From contig PKCY01000148.1 in assembly GCA_002862985.1 (NCBI GenBank), forward strand, positions 1 through 57,606: a DNA stretch of 57,606 nucleotides, written 5' to 3'. The first letter of the stretch is position 1. The number at the start of each line of letters is the position of its first letter. The notes beneath the pieces are model-generated. The model made no database searches. It saw nothing but the letters and a program-made list of their open reading frames with translations, and was not told the DNA's origin. Made by a program: the position numbers and the translations under genes. Of this stretch, positions 17,551 through 26,466 are shown in pieces. Source of the stretch: Haliea sp. Lineage in GTDB: Bacteria; Pseudomonadota; Gammaproteobacteria; Pseudomonadales; Halieaceae.

Positions 17551-18519
17551 ATGTTGAACCTTTTCTCTTTCCTCATTTTCATACCGTTGCAGATTCTGCT
17601 TCTACCGCTTGGTTTGGTTGGAGTTGTCCTGATTGCGTATAAGCAAATGGTTGTGAGCAATCGGCTGGGGTCATCTCAAACAGCAATTGAGGTGCTAAAC
17701 GGTCGCTGGACTATGCATGTGTTTGACATCCGGCTAGATGATGCTGGAGTAAAACTCGCCAGAGCTTTGCCCAATACATCAACCGCGGGATTGTGGTTGG
17801 TGCTATTTCCCTTGTGGCTTAAGTACAAGATTAGCGGACGTTATTTCGCGTACCCAAAACTTCCAAAAGAGGCCGAAGAAACTGTCGTAGACCTGATAAT
17901 AGCGAGAACAATATACATCGACAGAATCATTGATCGGCTGGTGGGCGATGCAGAACAGTTCGTCGTTTTAGGGGCTGGGTACGACACGCGTGCCTACGGT
18001 GCGTTGAAAAGTCGCGGGGTCTCTTTCTTTGAGGTGGACCAGATCGAAACGCAGAGCTTGAAAATGAAATGGCTTGGAAAGGCCAATGTAGCTGCCGGTC
18101 ATGTGAATTTCGTGCCGGTTAACTTTGCAGAAGATACACTTTTCGACGAACTCAAGAGTAGCGGCTACGATGCGGCGAAAAAGACTGTCTTTTTATGGGA
18201 GGGTGTAACACTCTATTTGTCCGAGTGCGATGTACGGAAGATGTTTCGAGAAATTGGCATGTGCGCTATACCCGGCAGTTCGATAGTGGCCGATATTTAT
18301 GCCGATAGATTCGTCCAGTTAGGGAAGTCTAAGGCGGGCAAGAAAACGTTAGAATTTACCGATGAGGGGTTAAACTTCGGGCTCCCCTTTGATACTGCTT
18401 ATGAGTCTGTTCTTAATAGCTTCATTGCGAGTGAGAACCTTAATGTGGGCGAAACCCATTTTATGGGTGGCGCAAACAAAAAAGGGCCGTTTGCGGTGGT
18501 GTCTGAGTTTACGGTTTAA
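17551..18519 (+). CDS. SAM-dependent methyltransferase (LCM/ML2640 family), cassette
   Basis: Motifs ARTIYID, FVVLGAGYDTRAY, FEVD and WEGVTLYL. The following attC is collapsed to GTTTAAG-GC-GTTATGT (18514-18529). Confidence 0.9.
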   Translation: MLNLFSFLIFIPLQILLLPLGLVGVVLIAYKQMVVSNRLGSSQTAIEVLNGRWTMHVFDIRLDDAGVKLARALPNTSTAGLWLVLFPLWLKYKISGRYFAYPKLPKEAEETVVDLIIARTIYIDRIIDRLVGDAEQFVVLGAGYDTRAYGALKSRGVSFFEVDQIETQSLKMKWLGKANVAAGHVNFVPVNFAEDTLFDELKSSGYDAAKKTVFLWEGVTLYLSECDVRKMFREIGMCAIPGSSIVADIYADRFVQLGKSKAGKKTLEFTDEGLNFGLPFDTAYESVLNSFIASENLNVGETHFMGGANKKGPFAVVSEFTV

Positions 18520-18568
18520 GGCGTTATGTGGCAGGCGATGTATTACAGAGAAGCACGATAAGGAATTT

Positions 18569-18898
18569 ATGGGTACGGTGACAAACATTAGCAGGGCAAA
18601 ATTTTCGATTGGTGATCTGGTTCATCATCAGCTGTTTAATTATCGCGGGGTTATCGTGGATGTTGATGCTACTTTCCAATCAACGGAGGAGTGGTACGAG
18701 ACGGTTGCGAGGTCGCGTCCGCCGAAAGATGAGCCTTGGTATCACGTTTTAGTAGATGGAGCGGTACATAGCACCTATGTAGCTGAGCAGAATTTGGAGC
18801 GTGATACGAGTGGCGAACCGATCAATCATCCAATGCTCGCACAAATTTTCGCACGCTTTGAGGATGGACGGTATTTTCGAGCGGGCAGGACCAATTAG
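18569..18898 (+). CDS. hspQ: Heat-shock protein HspQ (YccV-like), cassette
   Basis: AKFSIGDLVHHQLFNYRGVIVDVD...PWYHVLVD...TYVAEQNL. Confidence 0.9.
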   Translation: MGTVTNISRAKFSIGDLVHHQLFNYRGVIVDVDATFQSTEEWYETVARSRPPKDEPWYHVLVDGAVHSTYVAEQNLERDTSGEPINHPMLAQIFARFEDGRYFRAGRTN

Positions 18899-18907
18899 TA
18901 ATCTACC

Positions 18908-18948
18908 GCATAACAAGTGCGGCCAGTTCGCTGCCGTAGGCATTAGAT
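18908..18948 (+). repeat. Shortened attC (R' GTT>ATT)
   Basis: GCATAAC (18908-18914) ... ATTAGAT (18942-18948). Confidence 0.7.
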
Positions 18949-18993
18949 GCTCATAAATAGTCAAATTTTGTCAAAATCTGAGGTGTATAGGAA

Positions 18994-19565
18994 ATGAAGC
19001 ACATCGGTACTGTGATAGTAACTCTGGGAGTAGGGTTTCTAACGGGCTGTGCTGCGACGCAGACTATTTCTGAATTTGGCGAGGCCCCTACAAAAAAAGT
19101 ATGTATTGGAAACACGAGGCTGTCAGAGATGGAGTTCTCGATGCTTTAGAGGAAGGCTTTCATGCTCATGGAGTGCACACGAAAGTGGTTAGGGCAAATT
19201 ATGAAAAAAAGCACAATGCATGGACCCCCAGATTTACCCCACTGAACTCCGGGGACGCGATGCGGTTGTATTTTATGTAGTCCATTTGGACATGGGATAT
19301 TTCAACGTATATGTATTTCGCAAATATTTGGGTTACTGATACTGCCATTCCAGAGAAAATAGCACAGGCTTCCTATCAAGCCGTGAGTGGACATGACAAA
19401 TGGATTAACCTCATAGGGAAGGTGTTGGAGTTGGTTGATGAAGTGTACGAATCTGTGGGTCAGCAACCGCGCGGTGCTATGCAGGATACATCAGCTATCA
19501 TAGAGAAACCGCCTTTGACATCGCCACCGTCTCCAGACGGTGCGGATTCAGGCTTAGCATTCTGA
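18994..19565 (+). pseudogene. Frameshifted Sbal_3080-like lipoprotein cassette
   Basis: MKHIGTVIVTLGVGFLTGC (lipobox)...KKVCI/fs/KHEAVRDGVLDALEEGF.../fs/YVVHWTWDISTYMYFANI. A short attC follows (ATTTAAC 19599 ... CTTAGGT 19632-19638). Confidence 0.65.
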
Positions 19566-19649
19566 GCAGTAGGGAACTAAATTGGCCTCTATAAAAACAT
19601 TTAACAAAGCGCACTCAGTCAATGTGCCTGGCTTAGGTCTCTAAATCTG

Positions 19650-19961
19650 GTGCTTAGATTGAAGCTACTGTACCTCACTATTTTCATGCTTTTGGCAGGT
19701 TGTGATTCTTTGGCGATAGATTGTCTCGATATGGCCCCACCGGGAATCTGGACCAAGATTCAATCGCCCGGTGAAGAGATCGTGGGGATGTTCGATGCAA
19801 CGGCTACTGACTCTAATGTTCTCTGGTTTAAGAACGGGGACAGCAAATTTGGAATGTGTCGTGGTTGCGGTGCGCCAAGCGACTACGCAAGGTCGTTCCA
19901 GATAGTAGACGTGCAACTCGATAAACTCGGGGATACGGTGGAACAGAACTGTGTTCGATAG
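19650..19961 (+). CDS. Hypothetical lipoprotein, cassette
   Basis: Lipobox LAGC. An attC follows (ACCTAAT 19975-19981 ... GTTTTCG 20015-20021). Confidence 0.6.
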   Translation: MLRLKLLYLTIFMLLAGCDSLAIDCLDMAPPGIWTKIQSPGEEIVGMFDATATDSNVLWFKNGDSKFGMCRGCGAPSDYARSFQIVDVQLDKLGDTVEQNCVR

Positions 19962-20044
19962 CGGTGTGTCCGTCACCTAATAAATCGGGGCAGTATCGAC
20001 ACCGTGCTTGAAGTGTTTTCGTCAAGAATGCAGAGAGAAGAATC

Positions 20045-20292
20045 ATGATGAGCGATATTGCCGTGGTTACTGAATTTCTCGGATGGTGTTCGATCATAAA
20101 CGGCTGTATTCTAGTGCTTGCAATTCTCATGTTCTATTTCGCTGGAGGTTGGGCGAAAGAATTCACAGCCAGCTGTCTAAGGTGTCGATGCAGCCATTAG
20201 ATTCTCAGTATTTCAGTTTCTTAGCTAACTATAAATTGGCCATACTCGTTCTTAACATTGTGCCGTATATAGCACTTAAAGCAATTGCTTAG
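20045..20292 (+). pseudogene. Frameshifted DUF6868-like membrane protein cassette
   Basis: MMSDIAVVTEFLGWCSIINGCIL...GWAK/fs/IHSQL...FLANYKLAILVLNIVPYIALK. An attC follows (CTATAAC 20309 ... GTCATGC 20345-20351). Confidence 0.7.
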
Positions 20293-20372
20293 GTGGCCTG
20301 CATCGTAACTATAACAGGCATCTGCAGCGCGTCGTTCCGCAGGCGTCATGCGCCCCAGTCTGCTGAGGAGTA

Positions 20373-20690
20373 TTGATGGACAGTATAGAAGAGCGAGCAC
20401 GGATAGCGGAGGGGTTGTGGAGTTCCGCACTTCAAGCTGAATCGACGGGAAACTACAAGGAAGCGTACAGACTTTGCACCGAGGCACATGATCTAATAAT
20501 GGACTGTGCCAGACTGCACCAGTCTGCCCATGTACACCTACGCCGGGTGAATCTTAAGATCCGCAATTACGGTGAGCTTGCAACAGATTGGTTGCTACAC
20601 ATTTTTGCTCCGTTGGGTGTATTCGAGCTAGTTTCTTACTTTGCAAAAACGGGCACGTTCGGCTGCGTATTTTGCAAACGGAGCGCATAA
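20373..20690 (+). CDS. Hypothetical helical protein (DUF3703-like), cassette
   Basis: Motifs EAHDL and LHQSAHVHL. The stop lies in attC R'' GCATAAC (20685-20691), with R' GGTACAC at 20736-20742. Confidence 0.6.
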   Translation: MMDSIEERARIAEGLWSSALQAESTGNYKEAYRLCTEAHDLIMDCARLHQSAHVHLRRVNLKIRNYGELATDWLLHIFAPLGVFELVSYFAKTGTFGCVFCKRSA

Positions 20691-20771
20691 CAAGTAATGG
20701 TTTGGGACTGCTTAACGCCAGTCCCAACCTGAGGCGGTACACGTCTCTAACCCATACTTGATGAGGTATTT

Positions 20772-21674
20772 ATGAACAATAATGCTATCCCAGATAAAAC
20801 TCGAGAGCTGCATAGCCATCATTTTGATTCCACTATCTGGAATGACTTTAAATTTAGAAACGACGATATTGTCATTTCGAGCTACGCCAAATCAGGGACC
20901 ACCTGGTTACAGCAAATTATTGCGCAATTACTGTTCAACGGCGAGGAAGGAATGGAAGTGGCAGAAATGTCACCCTGGCTCGACCTACGTGTTCCGCCCA
21001 AGGAAGTTAAGCTTTCGATGGTCGAGGCACAGACGCATCGCCGGTTTCTCAAAACACATCTACCCGTTGATGCGCTAGTCTTTTCTGAGAAAGCAAAGTA
21101 CATCTACATTGGGCGGGATGGCAGAGATGTTTTATGGAGCTTGTACAATCACCACTCGACAGCCAATAAAATTTGGTATGAAGCTCTGAATGAAACGCCA
21201 GGAAGGTATGGTCCGCCGATTGAACCCCCACCATCATCAATAGTCCAGTATTACCATGACTGGCTCGATAAAGATGGCCACCCCTGGTGGCCGTTTTGGG
21301 AAAACGTCCGATCCTGGTGGGCCATTAGGAATTTGCCGAACGTTTATCTTTTGCACTTCACAAATCTCAAAAATGGCATGCCTGCAGAAATTCGCCGGAT
21401 AGCAAATTTCATCGAAACCCCAATCGACGAAGAAAAATGGGAGCGCATACTACGCCAATGCAGTTTTGACTATATGAAAGTAAATGCTACAAAAAGTACA
21501 CCTCTGGGCGGTGCCTTTTGGGATGGGGGTGCACAAAGTTTCATTCATAAAGGAACGAATGGGCGCTGGCGCGAGACCCTCAGTGCCCAGGAGGTTGCCG
21601 AGTATGAGCGTCGTGCTGCCGTAGAACTCGATAGTGAATGTGCCCAATGGCTCGCTACCGGTCAAATCTCATAG
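20772..21674 (+). CDS. PAPS-dependent sulfotransferase (Sulfotransfer_1), cassette
   Basis: SYAKSGTTW (5'-PSB loop), FLKTHLP, RDGRDV..S (3'-PB) and HKGTNGRWR. Confidence 0.93.
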   Translation: MNNNAIPDKTRELHSHHFDSTIWNDFKFRNDDIVISSYAKSGTTWLQQIIAQLLFNGEEGMEVAEMSPWLDLRVPPKEVKLSMVEAQTHRRFLKTHLPVDALVFSEKAKYIYIGRDGRDVLWSLYNHHSTANKIWYEALNETPGRYGPPIEPPPSSIVQYYHDWLDKDGHPWWPFWENVRSWWAIRNLPNVYLLHFTNLKNGMPAEIRRIANFIETPIDEEKWERILRQCSFDYMKVNATKSTPLGGAFWDGGAQSFIHKGTNGRWRETLSAQEVAEYERRAAVELDSECAQWLATGQIS

Positions 21675-21741
21675 AAATGGAGCGAGTAAGCAACGTGTCG
21701 CAAAGCAAATGCAGACTGCCGGAAGCCGTGCACCGTAGTTT

Positions 21742-22413
21742 TTGGCGTCAGGCATAAAGGTGGATTTTGACAGAAAGACCTCGCTCTTATCACCAGCTAA
21801 ACTACCCTATTTCAGTGGCATCGAGCGACTGCCCAATGGGATATTACATGTGGCAGTTCTTACGCGAATGCCTGGAGTTTCGCCAAAGATGATTGAGTGG
21901 TGGTTCGGTGAGTATTTGCAAACGACGGAACACTATAAGCGCTGGCATCCAAGGGACCATATATGGATGTCTTGGGAGGACAAGTTGCATGGTACCCACA
22001 TTGGTGCAAAACATTGTGTCCATGAGTACATCGGCGGCCGATTGAACAAACTTAAAATCTCTTTTTTGCCACCAGCAGAGTATTTCGATGAATCCCTACA
22101 AGACGCACCCGGTGCCGTTGCTATCTGTGCCCGCAGCGGGCTCCTAGATAGTCCTGTTGACGTTGGACGGATGGTTCATTTGGCCTTGCCTCAAGAGTGG
22201 GGTTGCGATTTACATAGTAGATTCTGGCTTGGATATGTCAATTCAAGATCTGGTTCTCGTATAGTCCAATGGCTAGGAAATCGCTCGTGGGTTAGACGCG
22301 CCCTGGTCAAGGACGAATTGGGAAGATCGCTTCTCGTCCACTGCCATGAAGAGATGACCACACTGGGGGGGTTTTTACCCGAACTATATGCATTGGAAGC
22401 CAGGGTGAACTGA
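21742..22413 (+). CDS. PhlG-like (DAPG hydrolase family) protein, possibly 5'-truncated
   Basis: Motifs MPGVSPKMIEWWF, YKRWHPRDH, HEYIGG, SRFWLG and HCHEEMTTLGGFLPELY. There is no clear ATG or SD. Confidence 0.75.
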   Translation: MASGIKVDFDRKTSLLSPAKLPYFSGIERLPNGILHVAVLTRMPGVSPKMIEWWFGEYLQTTEHYKRWHPRDHIWMSWEDKLHGTHIGAKHCVHEYIGGRLNKLKISFLPPAEYFDESLQDAPGAVAICARSGLLDSPVDVGRMVHLALPQEWGCDLHSRFWLGYVNSRSGSRIVQWLGNRSWVRRALVKDELGRSLLVHCHEEMTTLGGFLPELYALEARVN

Positions 22414-22476
22414 TCGTGGAATTTCCGCCTTACACGTCAACGCAGAGGGACACGCATGCGCGTACATGTTTGGGGT

Positions 22477-22593
22477 GTTATGAGGCACTACAGAATCGTC
22501 TGCTATACTATTTCGTCGGGCTGGTGATGTTTAGCTGGCTCGTGGTCCGGCCAAGTGCATTCTCCACAGGGGGCCAGAGCGTCGCTGCCTAAC
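22477..22593 (+). pseudogene. Internally deleted DUF2784 cassette (paralog of 2047-2486)
   Basis: Starts GTTATGAGGCACTA (cf. ATTAGGAGGCACTA at 2047). Ends ...AGCTGGCTCGTGGTCCGGCCAAG...GGGGGCCAGAGCGTCGCTGCCTAAC (cf. AGCTGGTTTGTGGTTCGGCCAAA...GGGGGCCAGAGTGGTGCCTCCTAAC). Confidence 0.8.
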
Positions 22594-22643
22594 AATTCAG
22601 GCAGCTGCTTGAGGCGTTTGGTTTATCATTAGCGAGGGCAAAA

Positions 22644-22889
22644 ATGAAAGTAATATCTATCGCGGCATTTACGTTGGCTATGCTTTTGGGTGGCTGTTCC
22701 AGCCAGAATTCGGCAGACGCTGATAGCACCAACATTGTGGGTTCTGACAGGGATGCGCATGACTGTATTGGCTCAGCTGGCTACTCCTGGTGTGCTCGAA
22801 CAGCACAGTGCGAGAGACCATGGGAGCTGGCGAAGAAAAGTGGTTTCGAGAACACGCCGGGCAACTTTGCAAAATACTGTGGCGAATAG
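22644..22889 (+). CDS. Small Cys-rich lipoprotein, cassette
   Basis: Lipobox LGGC; motif VGSDRDAHDCIGSAGYSWCARTAQCERPWE. Confidence 0.8.
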   Translation: MKVISIAAFTLAMLLGGCSSQNSADADSTNIVGSDRDAHDCIGSAGYSWCARTAQCERPWELAKKSGFENTPGNFAKYCGE

Positions 22890-22949
22890 CGCTTATGGCA
22901 CCCAACAAGTCGAGCCAGTAATGGCAGGCCTTATGTTTAGGAGGCACCG

Positions 22950-23231
22950 GTGTCGCTAGGCTTCAAAGTGGCTGTTTCAGTTTTGGTACTCGCGTTGTCT
23001 ACTGGCGCGTTGGTTTATGCATGGTTCCCGTTGCTGGCCACACATGTTCCTTTCGCGCAGTCAGCCAATCTTCCAACTGAGTATGCGGAAATCGTAGAGG
23101 CATATTTGTCAGCCCAACTTGGCTCGTACAGGCAAGCATTGAGCATAGCGACCTTACTCGTGTTGGTGAATTTGTTAGTATCGTTTCTGATTATCTGGAG
23201 TCCAAAGCGTGGCGCCAGTCAAAGCACATAA
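22950..23231 (+). CDS. Hypothetical 2-TM protein, cassette
   Basis: SD GGAGG plus GTG start. The stop lies in R'' ACATAAC (23226-23232). Confidence 0.6.
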   Translation: MSLGFKVAVSVLVLALSTGALVYAWFPLLATHVPFAQSANLPTEYAEIVEAYLSAQLGSYRQALSIATLLVLVNLLVSFLIIWSPKRGASQST

Positions 23232-23412
23232 CAATTTTTCCAAGGAAACTTGCCTCCGCGGGACACACAAAAACCTGACTCTTCTGCTACTTCGCTAGGC
23301 GTTTTGCGTCAATACGATCGAACATATTCGCTTTCGGCTACTCCTACAAATTACTTCACAGTTTGCGGCGTATGCCAGCGGCATGAAGCCAAAAAATATC
23401 GAGAAATCAACA

Positions 23413-23793
23413 ATGAATAAATCGCTGTCGGCTATCATTCTAAGTGTCTTTTTCTTTGTAGCTGGAGTTCTTCATTTTACGCATGACGCAGAGCTGGCAA
23501 GAATTACGCCATTACCGTATGCACATCAAATTGTCTGGATTACAGGAATTATGGAGTTTCTTTTCGCTAGCTTTTTGCTGATCCCCAAATATCGTCGTAT
23601 TACGGGCATACTATTAGGCCTTTTCCTGTTGTCTGTGTTGCCTGCAAACATCAATATGGCGATTAATGATATGCCTATGTTCGGTGAGCAGTTGGAACCC
23701 TGGGCGGCATGGTTAAGAGTGGCATTACAGTTTCCGCTCATTGCATGGATATTATGGACGACCGGGTTTTGGCACGAAAAAAAGCGAGCGTAG
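23413..23793 (+). CDS. DoxX-like membrane protein, cassette
   Basis: Motifs AGVLHF, TGIMEF, VLPANINMA and WLRVALQFPLIAW. An attC follows (GCGTAGC 23788 ... GTTAGAA 23856-23862). Confidence 0.8.
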   Translation: MNKSLSAIILSVFFFVAGVLHFTHDAELARITPLPYAHQIVWITGIMEFLFASFLLIPKYRRITGILLGLFLLSVLPANINMAINDMPMFGEQLEPWAAWLRVALQFPLIAWILWTTGFWHEKKRA

Positions 23794-23976
23794 CAAGACC
23801 ATGAAGTGCGACGGCTCACAGTCGCGGCTTACTTACGGCAGTCGCTGTCTATGGTGTTAGAAGGCAATATTTGACCGAGCGAAGCTAATCGGGCCGGGAC
23901 CTTAAAAAGCCACCCAGATGGGCTGCGGACCAGCGTGCTTAAGGTTATTCTGGCGGCATTCTGCATAGAGAGAGAA

Positions 23977-24330
23977 ATGATGCATCCAACCCGAGTCTCC
24001 ATCCTATTGCTTGTCATTAGCAATATATTCATGACACTTGCATGGTACGCGCATCTAAAAGAGCCTGGTAGTAAGCCTTGAAAAATTGTCGCACTAATAA
24101 GCTGGGGCATAGCACTTTTTGAATATTTATTTCAAGTTCCGGCGAACAGAACCGGTTTTACCGTGCTTTCAGTTGGTCAACTGAACATCATTCAAGAGGT
24201 AATAACGTAAACTGTCTTTGTGTCGTTCTCAGTAATGTATTTTAAAAAGCCGCTAAAACTCGACCACCTGTGGGCTGGGATATGTCTTGTGCGGGCTGGG
24301 TATTTCACGTTCCGGAGGAGGTATGTGTAA
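23977..24330 (+). pseudogene. DMT-family (DUF486) protein with two nonsense codons
   Basis: ...SNIFMTLAWYAHLK..KP*KIVALISWGIALFEYLFQVPANR...QLNIIQEVIT*TVFV... Stops at 24079-24081 and 24208-24210. Confidence 0.88.
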
Positions 24331-24418
24331 CAAAAACGCTCGAGTACAATCTCATTCTTCGCGCCTCAGCGGAATGGCCAAGCTTTGGGTTTTTCCGCCC
24401 CTCGGCGTGACGTTATAG
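24325..24418 (+). repeat. attC site (intact cores)
   Basis: GTGTAAC (24325-24331) ... GTTATAG (24412-24418). Confidence 0.75.
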
Positions 24419-24702
24419 GGGATTGAAAACAAACAAAGGGCATCAAACGAACACGTCAATTACGCCGTAGCAACAAGGAGGACCGCAAAGCCACTGCATA
24501 AACGGGAGGTTATTGAAGCACTTTTTTCCTACTTTCTTCTTTAACGGTACGAAAAAGAGAAAACTGGTTTTGAAAACGGCGAATAGGTGCAGAAATATAC
24601 TGTAATATTCGGAGTCAGCGTAAAACGCCTAAGCACATAAAGTTTCTATGCTGACCCCCAATAGGTTCCAATACTATAGCCTCAAGCGAAGTTGGGACTG
24701 CT

Positions 24703-25073
24703 ATGCCAAACCCTTTCAAGTGTACCCGCCTATATGCAGATGCGGAGAGCGAAAGTCACTTCGAAGCTATAGAATTGGATATGGCGTCAATGCAATTTGC
24801 GCCGCCCGCAGCCGCCTTGGATGCTTCAGATCCCATTGAGACGACGAACAATTCCTGGATGCGTTTGCCGGAGGGTTGGCACGATGCGGCACAGCAGCCC
24901 CCGCAGACAGTTGTTCATTGTGGTGGCAGGAGAGATTGAAGTGTCGACGAGTACTGGACAACCCAGAATCTTCAAGTCTGGTGATTTACTGTTGAGGGAA
25001 GACATCACTGGAAAGGACACTGGCCCGCGCTCTCAACGGCGAAGTTTTGGCTGTTATAGTCGCTTTAGCATAG
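24703..25073 (+). pseudogene. Frameshifted cupin-like protein
   Basis: TRLYADAESESHFE...LPEGWHDA/fs/HSSPRRQLFIVVAGEIEVSTSTG...LLREDITGK/fs. Confidence 0.75.
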
Positions 25074-25285
25074 GGCCTCCCGCACAATGACCTCAGCCGG
25101 CCATTGCCGGTAGCCCACGGCATGCTACTTGATGTTCTCTTTTGCCAACTAGCAGCTATACTCAAGTAAAAAATTTAGTCGTCTAGTAGCAAACGCATTC
25201 AGTCGTGCGCGGCAGAGTCTTGCCGCAGCTGCGATGCGTTATTTTTTCTATTGTCAGTCTATGAGCTCGTAATGCGATATAAATT

Positions 25286-25654
25286 GTGAAAAGCTCAACG
25301 AAAGCAGTCCTCCTTTCATGCTTCGTGTTGCCGGGGGCGGGTCACCTGTACCTGAAACGCTACAGATTTGGTTTTTTGCTATTGGCCTGTGCTGTTGCGG
25401 TTGTCTATTTCATCGCATCGAGTGCGGTGCAAACGGCGTTAGAGGTTGCAGAAGAGATTCAAGCTAGCGGGTTTGCGCTCGACGCGAACGCTATTGCGGA
25501 ATTAGTGGCACAGCAATCACGTGCGGGTGAAGAGTCAGCCTACAGCGCCATGACTGCCTTGGGTATTGTATGGCTGATCGGTATATTTGATTCGTATCGA
25601 GTCGGCCGAGTGCTTGATAACGCCCAAGGGGTGGCGGATGGCAAAGAAGCATAA
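25286..25654 (+). CDS. Hypothetical membrane protein, cassette
   Basis: AVLLS..LPGAGHLYLK...WLIGIFDSYRVG. Bounded by GTTATTT (25238) and GCATAAC (25649-25655). Confidence 0.75.
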   Translation: MKSSTKAVLLSCFVLPGAGHLYLKRYRFGFLLLACAVAVVYFIASSAVQTALEVAEEIQASGFALDANAIAELVAQQSRAGEESAYSAMTALGIVWLIGIFDSYRVGRVLDNAQGVADGKEA

Positions 25655-26215
25655 CCAGTTGGCAATGTGCTCACTTCGCATCCTGGAGGAGCCTGATGGC
25701 CCTGCCCGAGCTCTGGCGACTCCACTTCATACGGCGTAGCAGCTTGTTCAAATTCCCAAGCGGCATCGATGCCTGTTTCAAAGCGCCCTATTTATTTCTG
25801 ATACGATCGTTAGCGCTCGCCAAGGCGTCATTCACTTCACAGTGAACACGGAAATTGTCTTGTATCTCATTGATTATTAGTCATAATTCTACACCCTAAG
25901 GCTCAGAGAGTTTGCGCCCTTAGCCGCCGAAGCTGGCAAAGAGGTCTCTCGCTAATTGTGGGCGGTCAGCTTCTGGAGCCGGTGGTGTTTTGGGCCGCAG
26001 TTCTTCCAATTGTTCTGTTGTCATACTTGGCCCCGTTACAACAGGTATACTTAGAAGCGTGCACCCATATCAAAGACATGGAGTGCATGCCAAACAAGGC
26101 TAGATGGCAAAACTGCTACACTGTTTTATTGTCGCCGCGGTAAGCATTATGTTCAAAATATAGAATTCCTAACAGACGATTAATATTAAGCTGACGAAAA
26201 TTCGAGGAGTAATTT

Positions 26216-26320
26216 ATGGCTAAGGGGCGAGACGCAAAAAAGGCAGTCAAAAAGAAATCTGAAAAAACCTTGAAAGAAAAACGTAAGGAAAAGAAAGAAA
26301 AAATGGCTAATAAGCGCTGA
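26216..26320 (+). CDS. 34-aa Lys-rich small protein (absent from ORF track)
   Basis: SD GAGGAG, then MAKGRDAKKAVKKKSEKTLKEKRKEKKEKMANKR*. Confidence 0.75.
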   Translation: MAKGRDAKKAVKKKSEKTLKEKRKEKKEKMANKR

Positions 26321-26466
26321 GCGTCGCTCTTTTGTAAAAGAGCAGTGAGACTGATGCCATTTTGTAAGGAATGGAACCTCATCACCTGAAATATAACCAG
26401 CACGAGCAACTGAAGCAGCCATGGGCTGACCGTTGCTGTGGACATTAACATCACAGGAACGAGTTT

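Noticed and set aside
25700-25830. Second transposase fragment
   Set aside because: Only a vague resemblance requiring frameshifts; not supportable.
26116-26454. Phe-rich minus-strand ORFs
   Set aside because: They are the antisense shadow of the Lys-rich microprotein at 26216-26320.
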